The notes: a model not told the origin generated them from the letters alone. A stretch of 21,089 bases of DNA from Candidatus Aenigmatarchaeota archaeon (GCA_039000165.1 JAWBTW010000003.1:1-21089), one strand, 5' to 3'. Positions 1 to 9,054 are shown, counted from the stretch's first letter. Program-made: numbers and translations.

Positions 1-2
1 TT

Positions 3-2753
3 GACAAGAATGGCAAACTTAAAGCTAAGTCTATCGTTTCTGAAGTTTCCTGTAGCGAAATAATTGGGTGTTACAGAATAAGAATTTTAAGCTATAAGAA
101 CTTGCCAGAAAATGAAGTATGGGAAATAAGAATAGCAAATTCAAGCGAAAGAGCTTCTTATTCTGGAATGCTAACTTTAACCACTTTAAACGTAACTAAT
201 GAAAGTGAAATAATAGATGAAATTAATTTTGACGGGCTAAATTCAACTATAAACTTCAGAAGTGCTGTTATACAATTAAGAAACGAAGGTCAAAGGCCGC
301 TTGAGGTTGATAGCGGCTTGGACTTTATAACATTTTATTACCTTAAAAGGTTTGAGGGTTCTGGACCCAAGGATTTTTACATTCTCTTGCCTGATAATGA
401 TGTAATAAACTATACTGATGTCTCTCTAGTTTGGAATGGAAACAGCGATTACTCGCTAAAAGTTTTTAACCCTCTAGGAAATCTCGTAGGCGAATCTAGC
501 GACAAATCGATAAGTGCAAAAGTTTGTGATGTTGAAAGGGAAGAACTTGTAAGAATTACGCAAGAAAATATTTTACCGGGTTATTGGAGAATAGCAGTTT
601 CTAACTCAACGCCTTCTAACGACAGCTACAATCTCACAGTCTTCCTTTATCTTAACTCAAGGCAATGGTTCGAAACAAACTTTTCCAAAATTGTTTTAAA
701 TTCTACTAACGTAACAGAAGTAAACATTACTTTAAAACTAGGGAAGTCTTACTTAGACGGAGAATATGGTGGAAATATTAAATTTCTCCATAACGATTAT
801 GGTCTAGCTTGGGTAGAAGTTCCTGTTCACACCTTTGTTAATACTTCTATGCTTGTTTTAAACGGAACTTTTAAGACAGGCTTGATAAAAATAAAGGAAA
901 GTACAGATTTCAACATAACAAAAACTTTTAACGTAACAATAGAAAACCCAGGTTCTTACGAGCTTAAACTCAATTGCTCTAAACAAATTTTAAGAAATAA
1001 AAACAATCAAAATAAAACCATTGATTTAAAAGTTGAGTGCCCTTCTTCCATTCCTTCAAATTCTTCAGGCTTGTTAAACTTGACGCTAGAAATCAACGCT
1101 CTAAACACAAGCAACCTTCCAGGTTTGTATGAAGGTTGGATTTACTTAAATTCTTCAGAAGCTCAACCTTACAATTATTTCAACCTCACGCTTCAAGTTA
1201 ACTTGAGCAACGAACTAAACGTAAAAATTTATGACTTGAAAACTGCAGACGGTAATAAGCAAGTAGAAGATTCAAACTTGAGCGAAAACATAACCTTAAT
1301 TTTCAACGTTACTCTTGCTAATAGCTCAAGCTTTGAAACTTTAACAAAGGATAACTTTAAAATCAACCTTACTCACACGAATGTTAGTTTTTCAAGAGAT
1401 TTTAACGTTTCAAACGCTAATAGCGAAATATTTAACGGAAACTATAGCGTTAACTTTACACTTCCAGCTAAATTCCCTGGAGGTTACTATAGTGTGATTT
1501 TAAGCGCAACTTACGGAACTTTAAACGGAAAAGACGTTTTCAATTATCTTTTCATCAACAACACTGCTTTAAAATTGAGACTTCCTTCAGATAGCTTTTC
1601 TGTTACTAACGGAAGTAGCTTCTTAGTTAATGTTTCTGTAGATAATTTTGGTCCTTTAAACGCAACTAACGCAAGAGTAAAAATTGTAATTGAGACTTAT
1701 TGTTTAGCAAGCGTTAAGTTCCACTCTGGAAAATGTGAAGGTAGAGATGTGGTAAAGATTCAAGAAAGTGAAGTTGCTTTCAACTTGAGTGCGAACAAAA
1801 TTAACGCTTGTTATGTTGTTTGGAATGTAACCGCTGGCAACACCATAACTTCTTGCGACTCTCGAATAGAAGGATATAACGCAACATTTTTTGGAAACTT
1901 AACCTTTTTGACAACTGTAACTGAACAAACTGCTGGCGGTGGAGGTGGTGGAGCACAACCATCTTACCTTTATAATTTAACCTTTACAAAAGCTGAGAGG
2001 CTAATTATAGTTAAACAAAACTCGACAAACTCAACAGTAGTAATAGTTAAAAACACAGGAAATATTTCTCAAGAAGTATTCTTTGGAATTCTATACATCA
2101 ACTCAAGTTGGTATAGAATTAACTCAACAAATGCGACTCTTGCTCCTAATCAAGAAGCAGCTTTTCTCGTTAACTTTACTGTAGGCATGGAAGAACCAAA
2201 AGATTATTCAGGAAGTTTTAAAGCTTACAGCCCAAACAAAACAATAACTTCTAGCTTTACCTTAAGGATTTTGCCTTTAGTAACTTTAAACGAAAGTCAG
2301 ATAAGAGAAATAAACGATACTCTTTTGCTGTATAAAGTACAAATGCTTAACTATTCCTTGCAAATAAACGCAAGCAAAGAAAAAGGCTATAATGTCTCTA
2401 AAGCTGAAGAAGTTCTTTCAGAGTTAGAAAAGAAAATAACAGAAGCTGAGAATTATATCGCTCAAGGGAACTATTTAGCTGCCCGAGAACTTTTCCCAAC
2501 GATTCAAAACTTACTTAACCAACTAGAAAGTGAAATCGGAAAGATCGAAAAACCAGAAAAAGGTTTTGACTGGATTTTAATCGTGATAATAATAGTTGCA
2601 GTTATTGGAGCAATTATTCTAATTTATCTATTCTGGCCGACCAAAACTGGTTATATAGTTGAAAAGAAGAAATATGTGTATAAACCGAAGAGAGAACAGA
2701 TAAGGAAAGAGTTAAAAGAAAAATGGGAAAAAGCAACAAAAAGGGTAAAGTGA
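3..2753 (+). CDS. Large membrane-anchored surface glycoprotein, 5'-truncated (PPC-like and Ig/CARDB-like beta domains, Gly linker, helical stalk, C-terminal TM, basic tail)
   Basis: The frame of ORF 102..2753 has no stop back to base 3 (DKNGKLKAKSIVSEVSC...), so the gene starts upstream of the window. About 50 N-X-S/T sequons by manual count. PPC-like segment (DYSLKVFNPLGNLVGES...PGYWRIAV), CARDB-like VNVSVDNFGPLNAT, Gly6 at 1935-1952, TM WILIVIIIVAVIGAIILIYLFW, then a Lys-rich tail. Confidence 0.85.
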   Translation, partial: DKNGKLKAKSIVSEVSCSEIIGCYRIRILSYKNLPENEVWEIRIANSSERASYSGMLTLTTLNVTNESEIIDEINFDGLNSTINFRSAVIQLRNEGQRPLEVDSGLDFITFYYLKRFEGSGPKDFYILLPDNDVINYTDVSLVWNGNSDYSLKVFNPLGNLVGESSDKSISAKVCDVEREELVRITQENILPGYWRIAVSNSTPSNDSYNLTVFLYLNSRQWFETNFSKIVLNSTNVTEVNITLKLGKSYLDGEYGGNIKFLHNDYGLAWVEVPVHTFVNTSMLVLNGTFKTGLIKIKESTDFNITKTFNVTIENPGSYELKLNCSKQILRNKNNQNKTIDLKVECPSSIPSNSSGLLNLTLEINALNTSNLPGLYEGWIYLNSSEAQPYNYFNLTLQVNLSNELNVKIYDLKTADGNKQVEDSNLSENITLIFNVTLANSSSFETLTKDNFKINLTHTNVSFSRDFNVSNANSEIFNGNYSVNFTLPAKFPGGYYSVILSATYGTLNGKDVFNYLFINNTALKLRLPSDSFSVTNGSSFLVNVSVDNFGPLNATNARVKIVIETYCLASVKFHSGKCEGRDVVKIQESEVAFNLSANKINACYVVWNVTAGNTITSCDSRIEGYNATFFGNLTFLTTVTEQTAGGGGGGAQPSYLYNLTFTKAERLIIVKQNSTNSTVVIVKNTGNISQEVFFGILYINSSWYRINSTNATLAPNQEAAFLVNFTVGMEEPKDYSGSFKAYSPNKTITSSFTLRILPLVTLNESQIREINDTLLLYKVQMLNYSLQINASKEKGYNVSKAEEVLSELEKKITEAENYIAQGNYLAARELFPTIQNLLNQLESEIGKIEKPEKGFDWILIVIIIVAVIGAIILIYLFWPTKTGYIVEKKKYVYKPKREQIRKELKEKWEKATKRVK

Positions 2754-2757
2754 AAGA

Positions 2758-3741
2758 ATGAAAAAAAATGTAATTTTTTCAATAGTTCCAAATTTTTTCT
2801 TTCTTTCAGCTTTGATCTACTTGATTTTCTCAGGATTAAGCACCTCTAAAGCTGTGAGTGTAGAGTTTAACAGTTTTCTAATATTTTTTGAAAGTTTGGA
2901 AAAAGCTGATGTTTTAAAAGGAGTCGTAGAGTTTATTCTTTTTATTTTTTTTGAAGCAGTAATTCCACTTCTTCCTTTTCTGTTTTTGCTTGGCTTAGGT
3001 TTTTTCTTAACCCATCATTTTGCTCAAGAAATCAAGTTTTACTTTTTTATCTTCCAAGTTATTTTCTTGGCTCCAATTTTATTCTACACAAAATTTTCGA
3101 TAATATTTTTAATGTCTTTCTTAGGAATTTTAATTTCAAGCTTAATTTTATCCAAAGCAGAAAAGGAAAAGAAAAGCTTTTCCTTTACAAATTCTTTAAT
3201 TTCCAGACATCTTCACATAGTCATTTTCTTTCTTGCTATAGGGTTATTCTTAAACTCTTACCTTAAACTTGAAAGTTATAGACAGATTCCTCTCGAAGCA
3301 AACATAAGGTTTGCAGAAAAGTTTATTCCTGACGTGAAAAACTTGGAAGATAAGCTGAAAAAAGGTCAAATAGAGCTTGTAAATAAAACTTGTGAGGAAA
3401 TTAGAAATGGAATTACCCAATCTTATCAACAATTTTCTCAAGATGTAAGAGAAACTTGCGAAAGAGTTTATGATTCATCGATTTTTGTAGTTGATAGCAT
3501 TAGGCAAGAAGTAATAACTCAAATAAAGTCTTGGAATGTAACAAAAGAAGACACAAGCAAAATTATAACACAAATCTTTCCTATTATCGAACAAAGCATA
3601 AAAGTTACTCCTTTGATTATTGCTATATCTTTCTATCTTTTATCCAGGTTTGAAATCTTTTTCATAGCCTTGTTCTTTGGTTTTCTAGGTTTTGTTTTAA
3701 AACCAAGAGAAAAGAAAAAAGATATTATAAAAAAGCAATAA
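2758..3741 (+). CDS. Multi-pass membrane protein of unknown function
   Basis: 327-aa ORF with about 6 Phe/Ile/Leu-rich N-terminal hydrophobic segments, a helical soluble region with two Cys, a C-terminal TM and a basic tail. It starts 4 nt after the upstream stop, suggesting an operon. Confidence 0.8.
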   Translation: MKKNVIFSIVPNFFFLSALIYLIFSGLSTSKAVSVEFNSFLIFFESLEKADVLKGVVEFILFIFFEAVIPLLPFLFLLGLGFFLTHHFAQEIKFYFFIFQVIFLAPILFYTKFSIIFLMSFLGILISSLILSKAEKEKKSFSFTNSLISRHLHIVIFFLAIGLFLNSYLKLESYRQIPLEANIRFAEKFIPDVKNLEDKLKKGQIELVNKTCEEIRNGITQSYQQFSQDVRETCERVYDSSIFVVDSIRQEVITQIKSWNVTKEDTSKIITQIFPIIEQSIKVTPLIIAISFYLLSRFEIFFIALFFGFLGFVLKPREKKKDIIKKQ

Positions 3742-3751
3742 AATTTAAATA
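3738..3751 (+). promoter_or_regulatory. Archaeal BRE + TATA box
   Basis: Purine-rich ATAAAA followed by TTTAAATA (3744-3751), 26 nt before the ATG at 3778. This spacing fits a short-leader archaeal transcript. Confidence 0.55.
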
Positions 3752-3777
3752 TACAAAGCGATTAAAAAAGTGAATAT

Positions 3778-4098
3778 ATGTGGTTTGAATTCACCACCCT
3801 AAGTATTTCTTCCTTTTTGGTAGCGGAACTTTTTTATAGGTCAAAAATAAAAATTTGCTTAACCCTTCAAAACCTTGAAAATGCTAAGAAAAACTTGATA
3901 AAAATTGCAGAAAGGATAAACAAAAGAGGAAGTTCTGGAGTTATAGTGAGCATTGGTAACAAAACTTTTCACTTTCATCACTCAAGACTTGGCTGGATTC
4001 TTGCGGCAATTTCTATGGGAATCGCAAACTTTTATCTTTTCTCAGTGTCTTTAGGTTTAATTTTACATCATTTTATAAGAGAGAAAAAGATTTTCTAA
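3778..4098 (+). CDS. Small membrane protein with HxHH and HH motifs
   Basis: 106-aa ORF with its own TATA-like element, hydrophobic segments, and the motifs FHFHHSRLG and GLILHH. Confidence 0.7.
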   Translation: MWFEFTTLSISSFLVAELFYRSKIKICLTLQNLENAKKNLIKIAERINKRGSSGVIVSIGNKTFHFHHSRLGWILAAISMGIANFYLFSVSLGLILHHFIREKKIF

Positions 4099-4277
4099 AG
4101 TTTCATTTTAAGTTTTTCTAAAACATTTATTTGATCGTCTATTCTCTTTATTTCATTCTTTATTTCTTCTTTCAAAGTAGAATCTTTAGTCAAACCGAGT
4201 TTTGTTGTTAATTCTTTTTTCTTTATTTTAAGCCTCTCTACTTCTCTTTCTACATCCTCTACCAACATTTTAAACAC
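4095..4277 (-). CDS. Small coiled-coil hypothetical protein
   Basis: 60 aa, E/K-rich heptad pattern. It exactly fills the gap between neighbours and overlaps the upstream minus-strand gene by 8 nt. Confidence 0.7.
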   Translation of the reverse strand: MFKMLVEDVEREVERLKIKKKELTTKLGLTKDSTLKEEIKNEIKRIDDQINVLEKLKMKL

Positions 4278-4707
4278 CTGTTTGTTTCAAGTAAGATAGA
4301 AACATTTCATAAACTGGTAGAGTAATTTTTGATTTAAAGATTGGCTCTAGCTTCCCTATTTCTTCGAAACTTTCGGCTAAGCTTACTCTTTCAATCAAGT
4401 CTTTCCCTTCTGCGACTACACTTTGAGTCTGTTTTAAATCGATTTTAGCATAACGCGAAGCAACCAGGCCGAGAATTTTATCTATGTTACTTATGATGAC
4501 TGCTTTATAGCCTTCGAGAAACTTTTTCTCTAAAGCCTTTGTGTTTAACTCTCTTTTTATTTTGGTAAGAGTTGGTTCAAGAATTTCATCTTTTACCCTT
4601 AAAAGCAAGTTATCACAAAAATTTAACTGAAAACGTTTAGTATCAAAAAGCTCTTGTGTTGATATGCATAAAGCTACAGGAGTTATGTCAGCTAAGGTTA
4701 TAGGCAT
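4270..4707 (-). CDS. Hypothetical soluble, mostly helical protein
   Basis: 145-aa ORF with an AGTGA SD-like element upstream, divergent from infB. No family recognised. Confidence 0.75.
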   Translation of the reverse strand: MPITLADITPVALCISTQELFDTKRFQLNFCDNLLLRVKDEILEPTLTKIKRELNTKALEKKFLEGYKAVIISNIDKILGLVASRYAKIDLKQTQSVVAEGKDLIERVSLAESFEEIGKLEPIFKSKITLPVYEMFLSYLKQTGV

Positions 4708-4750
4708 AATATCACTAATTAATTTATAACTTAAAATTGTTTAAATTGTT
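4708..4750. promoter_or_regulatory. Divergent promoter region (hypothetical pair / infB)
   Basis: 43-bp AT-rich gap with TTTATAA at 4723-4729 on + and TTTTAAG-like/TTTAAA boxes on - at about 4730-4745. Confidence 0.45.
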
Positions 4751-6496
4751 GTGGTTGAAATGCTGAGAAGCCCTATAATAGTTTGCGTGGGTCATATAGA
4801 CCATGGAAAAACAACTTTGCTAGATTGTATAAGAGGTACTACTGTAACTAAGCTTGAGCCTGGGATGATTACTCAACATGCAGGAGCAAGTTATGTACCA
4901 ATAGAAACTATTCAAAAGATTTGTGGTGATTTGCTTCAAAAATTGAAAGTAAAACTTGTTGTTCCTGGTTTATTATTCCTTGACACTCCTGGGCATGCCG
5001 CCTTCATAACTTTGAGAAGAAGAGGTGGTGCAGTTTCTGACCTAGCAATTCTGGTTGTTGACGTAATGGAAGGTTTTCAGGAACAAACTGACGAAAGCCT
5101 AAAAGTTTTGAAAGAATTTAAAACTCCATTTGTGGTTGCAGCTACTAAAATTGATAAGATTCCTGGTTGGTTTCCCGTTAAAAACGCTTGCTTTGTTGAA
5201 ACCTTTCAAAAGCAAAGTGAAAGAGTAAAGGATGAGTTAGAAAGAAGAATTTACAACATAATTGCTCAACTTTCTGAAAGGGGTTTTAACTCAGAAAGAT
5301 TTGATAGAATAGAAGATTTTAGAAAGCAAGTAGCTATAGTCCCTTGCTCGGGAATAACAGGTGAAGGAGTTCCTGAATTGTTGGTTGTTCTTGCTGGCTT
5401 AGCCCAACACTTTCTTAAGGATAGACTTGAACTTTCAACTACTGCAAAAGGTGTAGTTTTGGAAGTTAAGGAAACCGTAGGTTTTGGCATAACAATTGAT
5501 GTTATACTCTACGATGGAAAAGTTAGAAAAGGTGATTTTTTGGTTGTAGGTGGAAAGGAACCCATAGTTACAAGGATTAGAGCTTTGTTAAGGCCTAAAC
5601 CGTTAAGAGAGTTAAGAGTTGAAAAACAGTTTGAAAGCGTTGAAGAAGTAAGCGCAGCTGCTGGAATTAAAATTGCTGCTCCAAACTTGGAAAAAGTTAT
5701 TGCTGGTTCACCGATAAGGTTTGTAAGTTCTGAAGAAGAAATAGAAAAGGCAAAAGCTGAAGTTCAAAAAGAAGTTGAGGAAGTAGAATTTCTAAAACAA
5801 GTGGAGGGGGTAGTAGTAAAGGCTGATACGCTTGGAAGTTTAGAAGCTATGATAAGACTTCTTACTCAAGAGAACATTCCAATAAGAAAAGCTGAAGTTG
5901 GACATGTAACTAAGCAAGATGTTGTAGAGGCCCAAAATGTATCAGACAAATTTAGGAAAGTTGTTCTTGCCTTTAACGTTAAAATATTAGAAGAAGCGAA
6001 AATTCTGGCAAAGGATTTGGGAATAGAAATTTTCCAGAGCAATATAATTTATCGTCTGATAGAAGAGTACAAAGAATGGTTTGAAAAGAAAAAAGAGGAG
6101 TTAAGAAAGGAAAGGATTGAAAAGCTTGTTTGGCCTGCTAAGATAAAAATCCTTCCTGGTTATGTTTTTAGAATAAGCAAGCCAGCTATTTTTGGAATAG
6201 AAGTTTTAGCAGGAAGAATTAAACCAAAGGTTTTGCTTGTTAATAAAGAAGGAAAAGAAATTGGTGAAATAAAAGAAATCCAGAGAGAAATGCAAACTAT
6301 AAGTGAAGCTAAAACTGGAGATAAGGTTGCTATAAGCATGGAAGAACCAACAGTAGGAAGACAAATACATGAAGGTGAAATTCTTTATGTTAAGGTTCCT
6401 GAATCTGATTTAAAAGAAATTCTAACAGAATTTAAAACCGAGTTAACAGAAGCTGAAATGAAAGTTATAGAAGAAATAAAGGAGATTTTATTCTAA
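4751..6496 (+). CDS. infB: Translation initiation factor aIF5B (IF-2)
   Basis: RSPII start, G1 GHIDHGKTT, ITQH, G3 DTPGH, G4 TKID, VKADTLGSLEA, and C-terminal PAKIKILPGYVFR typical of archaeal aIF5B. An alternative ATG start lies at 4760. Confidence 0.97.
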   Translation: MVEMLRSPIIVCVGHIDHGKTTLLDCIRGTTVTKLEPGMITQHAGASYVPIETIQKICGDLLQKLKVKLVVPGLLFLDTPGHAAFITLRRRGGAVSDLAILVVDVMEGFQEQTDESLKVLKEFKTPFVVAATKIDKIPGWFPVKNACFVETFQKQSERVKDELERRIYNIIAQLSERGFNSERFDRIEDFRKQVAIVPCSGITGEGVPELLVVLAGLAQHFLKDRLELSTTAKGVVLEVKETVGFGITIDVILYDGKVRKGDFLVVGGKEPIVTRIRALLRPKPLRELRVEKQFESVEEVSAAAGIKIAAPNLEKVIAGSPIRFVSSEEEIEKAKAEVQKEVEEVEFLKQVEGVVVKADTLGSLEAMIRLLTQENIPIRKAEVGHVTKQDVVEAQNVSDKFRKVVLAFNVKILEEAKILAKDLGIEIFQSNIIYRLIEEYKEWFEKKKEELRKERIEKLVWPAKIKILPGYVFRISKPAIFGIEVLAGRIKPKVLLVNKEGKEIGEIKEIQREMQTISEAKTGDKVAISMEEPTVGRQIHEGEILYVKVPESDLKEILTEFKTELTEAEMKVIEEIKEILF

Positions 6497-7258
6497 AATT
6501 GGACAATACCTGCAGCTTCCGTAAACTTCACAATTTCCTGGGTTGTTGAAGGAACAAACGTAAGAAGTGTAAGGATAGTACATATAAATTTTAATTTGAG
6601 CCCAATTCTTGTTACTAGCATCAAGAATTGTTGTGTAAATATCTGTATCGCCAACTATTAGTTGAGCATAAACTTCACCCGTTACCATAGAAGCTTTTAC
6701 GTCTATCAACTTTACCTTGAGAATTGTTGTGTTGCCAATAGGAAATGTGGAAATACGGCCTTCTTCTATAATTTCAGACCAAACAACTCTTCCTGCACTA
6801 TCCTTAACTTGAATATACGCCCATTTATCGTTTTCACCATCTTTTACATATACCGTATAACCCTTGTAGCTTACCCCTGCAGTTCTGTTAGGAGCAGAAA
6901 TGGCTAACCCATAAGTACCACCCAGAGTATAATGTGTTTCGTTCAATCTAATCCAAAAAGTATCTAAAACATTTTCTTTTGATATCTGAATTTTTGCTGT
7001 TGAGTAACCTGTCATTTGGGAAGTACGAACATCAAGAAGTAAAAAGTTATAACCGTTAAAATTAAAGGAGTAATTGACTGCCATGATTTGGTTTGTTGAA
7101 GAAGATTTGAAAAAAGTACATTTCCATCTAGGGCACATAGAATACTCTATTCCAGCGATTCCTAAAGGCGCTACTCCGACTAATGTACCTGCAAAAAAGC
7201 TAAAAATTATGCAAATAATAAACACCGCTACTATAAGAAGTATAAGCTTCTTTTCCAT
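6488..7258 (-). CDS. Secreted or membrane-anchored S-layer-like protein with internal duplication and terminal Cys clusters
   Basis: N-terminal MEKK plus hydrophobic helix, sequons (NYS, NET, NRT, NTT), a repeated beta-rich unit, and Cys near both ends. Confidence 0.7.
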   Translation of the reverse strand: MEKKLILLIVAVFIICIIFSFFAGTLVGVAPLGIAGIEYSMCPRWKCTFFKSSSTNQIMAVNYSFNFNGYNFLLLDVRTSQMTGYSTAKIQISKENVLDTFWIRLNETHYTLGGTYGLAISAPNRTAGVSYKGYTVYVKDGENDKWAYIQVKDSAGRVVWSEIIEEGRISTFPIGNTTILKVKLIDVKASMVTGEVYAQLIVGDTDIYTTILDASNKNWAQIKIYMYYPYTSYVCSFNNPGNCEVYGSCRYCPILE

Positions 7259-7279
7259 ATTTTCTATTTTGTTTTTTTT

Positions 7280-7903
7280 CTATTTATTTTTTTTAGGCAA
7301 AACTGTAAAAGCTATCATTCCGCCTATAATTCCACCAAAATGAGCAAATTCACTTATACTATTCGGAAAATTATACCAAAGAAGTATTAAGTCTAACAAA
7401 ATGTAGAAAAGAACTCCTACAAAAAGCGGAACTTTAAAGTTTTTAAGAGTAAAGAAAATGAAAGGCAGAGCTATTATGTTTAAAATTGGGACTAGAAGAA
7501 CTGGAATTTCTTCCCATCCTGCTATTGCTCCTGCAAGGAAAATCAAACCAAAAATACATGCTGAAGAACCTACTGCTAAAACAAACTGATTTGTTAGAAA
7601 TTGTATCAGGAAAAGAAAAGGCAAGGCAAAAAATCCTGAGAAAAAATAAAAGAAAGTTAAGTTAAAGCTTCCTATTTTACTTTCAACCACGCTTCCTAAA
7701 GCTAGGAAAATCAGCATATTAATTATTAGATGGATGATATCTGTATGGAGAAACATATGGGTAATTAAAGTATAAGGTTTGGTAGAAAGGTTTCCAAGGG
7801 CTAGGCCAAACTCATTAATTATAAAAGGTCTGTTAAAAGTTAGTAGATAAACTGCTAAGTTTATTATAAAAATTGAATAAGTGGCCAAGGGGAATTTCTC
7901 CAT
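7280..7903 (-). CDS. Rhomboid-family intramembrane serine protease
   Basis: HMFLHTDIIHLIINM (HxxxxHxxxN), GSS catalytic Ser motif, AHFGG catalytic His, about 6 TM helices. Confidence 0.93.
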   Translation of the reverse strand: MEKFPLATYSIFIINLAVYLLTFNRPFIINEFGLALGNLSTKPYTLITHMFLHTDIIHLIINMLIFLALGSVVESKIGSFNLTFFYFFSGFFALPFLFLIQFLTNQFVLAVGSSACIFGLIFLAGAIAGWEEIPVLLVPILNIIALPFIFFTLKNFKVPLFVGVLFYILLDLILLWYNFPNSISEFAHFGGIIGGMIAFTVLPKKNK

Positions 7904-7957
7904 ATAATGAATTTAATGTTCAAAAAGATTATTTTTTTATAGAAGAAATTCATTATA
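7903..7957. repeat. Perfect 12-bp inverted repeat in a divergent promoter
   Basis: TATAATGAATTT (7903-7914) and its reverse complement AAATTCATTATA (7946-7957), with a 31-nt spacer. Confidence 0.85.
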
Positions 7958-7963
7958 GGTAAG

Positions 7964-8290
7964 ATGGTTGTAGAATTACCTTATCTTGAGTTCTTAATTG
8001 TTTTGAGCATAATTTCCATAGTGTATGTTGTAGTTATTCTTGTCCTCGTTTGGGAATTGAGAAAAGCAATTAAGAAGATAGTAGTTACGAGCAAGAAAAT
8101 TTTAGAAGAGGATATAATCTCTACTTTAATTCTATGGGCTTATGAAAAGCTGAAGGCTGGAGTCCCCGAAGAGGAACTCAAAAATATTCTTCTTAAATCT
8201 ACAGTCACTAGAGCAGATGAAATTATAGAAAAAGCAAAAGACTTACTTTCCAGAACAATCGAAACAAAAAGCGTTTTTTCTAAAGAATAA
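7964..8290 (+). CDS. Single-pass membrane protein with small C-terminal helical domain
   Basis: 108 aa. N-terminal TM, then basic residues and WAYEKLKAGVPEEELKNILLKS helical-bundle pattern. AGGT SD-like element upstream. Confidence 0.75.
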   Translation: MVVELPYLEFLIVLSIISIVYVVVILVLVWELRKAIKKIVVTSKKILEEDIISTLILWAYEKLKAGVPEEELKNILLKSTVTRADEIIEKAKDLLSRTIETKSVFSKE

Positions 8291-9038
8291 GATTTTTTAT
8301 CTTTCCAAGATGAGTTCCGTCTAGCAAAAAAACATCGCATTCATTTATGTCAAGAAGGTTATTAGCAAGAACCGGTCCTATAGGCTCTTTCTCTTCTATT
8401 TTATTGAGAGTTATTCCTCCTAAAAGTCTGTTGAAAGTTGGAAAAATAACTATTTTCAGATTTCCGGTTTTTTTAACTCCATACTTATCCTTAACAAGCT
8501 TTTTATCAAGCTCCCCTTTTATCCAAACTTGCTCTATAGTCCTATAGCCAAGCTTATCCCTAAACTCTACACAAGGATGCACATGCCCCATAAACAGATA
8601 ATCACACTTAACTAAACTTTTTGAAGGCCAAGCGTGACCATGAAAAAAACCGTATTTTCCAATTCTAAAACCTCTTGAAGAGTAAACTTTCACTTCCTTT
8701 GGTAAAAATGAAGAAATTTTGTCGTCATGATTCCCCTTGACACAAAAAACTTTAACTTTTTCCTTTAGGTATGAAAATAGCTTAGGTATTTCTCTCATCT
8801 CCCTGAAAGTTATGCCAGGAACGTTATGTTTGATATCCCCCAAAATTATTAAACTTTTGGCTTTGGTTATTCTTAGAAGATTATCCATTGTGTTTTTGAA
8901 TTTTTCTGCTTGAGGAGGAATGACTACTCCTGCCTTAAAAAGCTCATGTTCTAAGCCTAGGTGCAAATCTGCTATAACCAGGATTTTTTCTTTGGACAAA
9001 AACAAGGCTGGGTAATCTTTAACAAATCTTATTTTCAT
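8280..9038 (-). CDS. Calcineurin-like metallophosphoesterase (MJ0037/SbcD-related, PdeM/MPE-like)
   Basis: All five metal-binding motifs are present: ADLHLG, GDIKH, GNHD, HGH, GHVHP. The downstream FPTFN resembles the P[AS]F motif of this subfamily. Confidence 0.9.
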   Translation of the reverse strand: MKIRFVKDYPALFLSKEKILVIADLHLGLEHELFKAGVVIPPQAEKFKNTMDNLLRITKAKSLIILGDIKHNVPGITFREMREIPKLFSYLKEKVKVFCVKGNHDDKISSFLPKEVKVYSSRGFRIGKYGFFHGHAWPSKSLVKCDYLFMGHVHPCVEFRDKLGYRTIEQVWIKGELDKKLVKDKYGVKKTGNLKIVIFPTFNRLLGGITLNKIEEKEPIGPVLANNLLDINECDVFLLDGTHLGKIKNLIL

Positions 9039-9054
9039 AATTCACTATAAGAAG

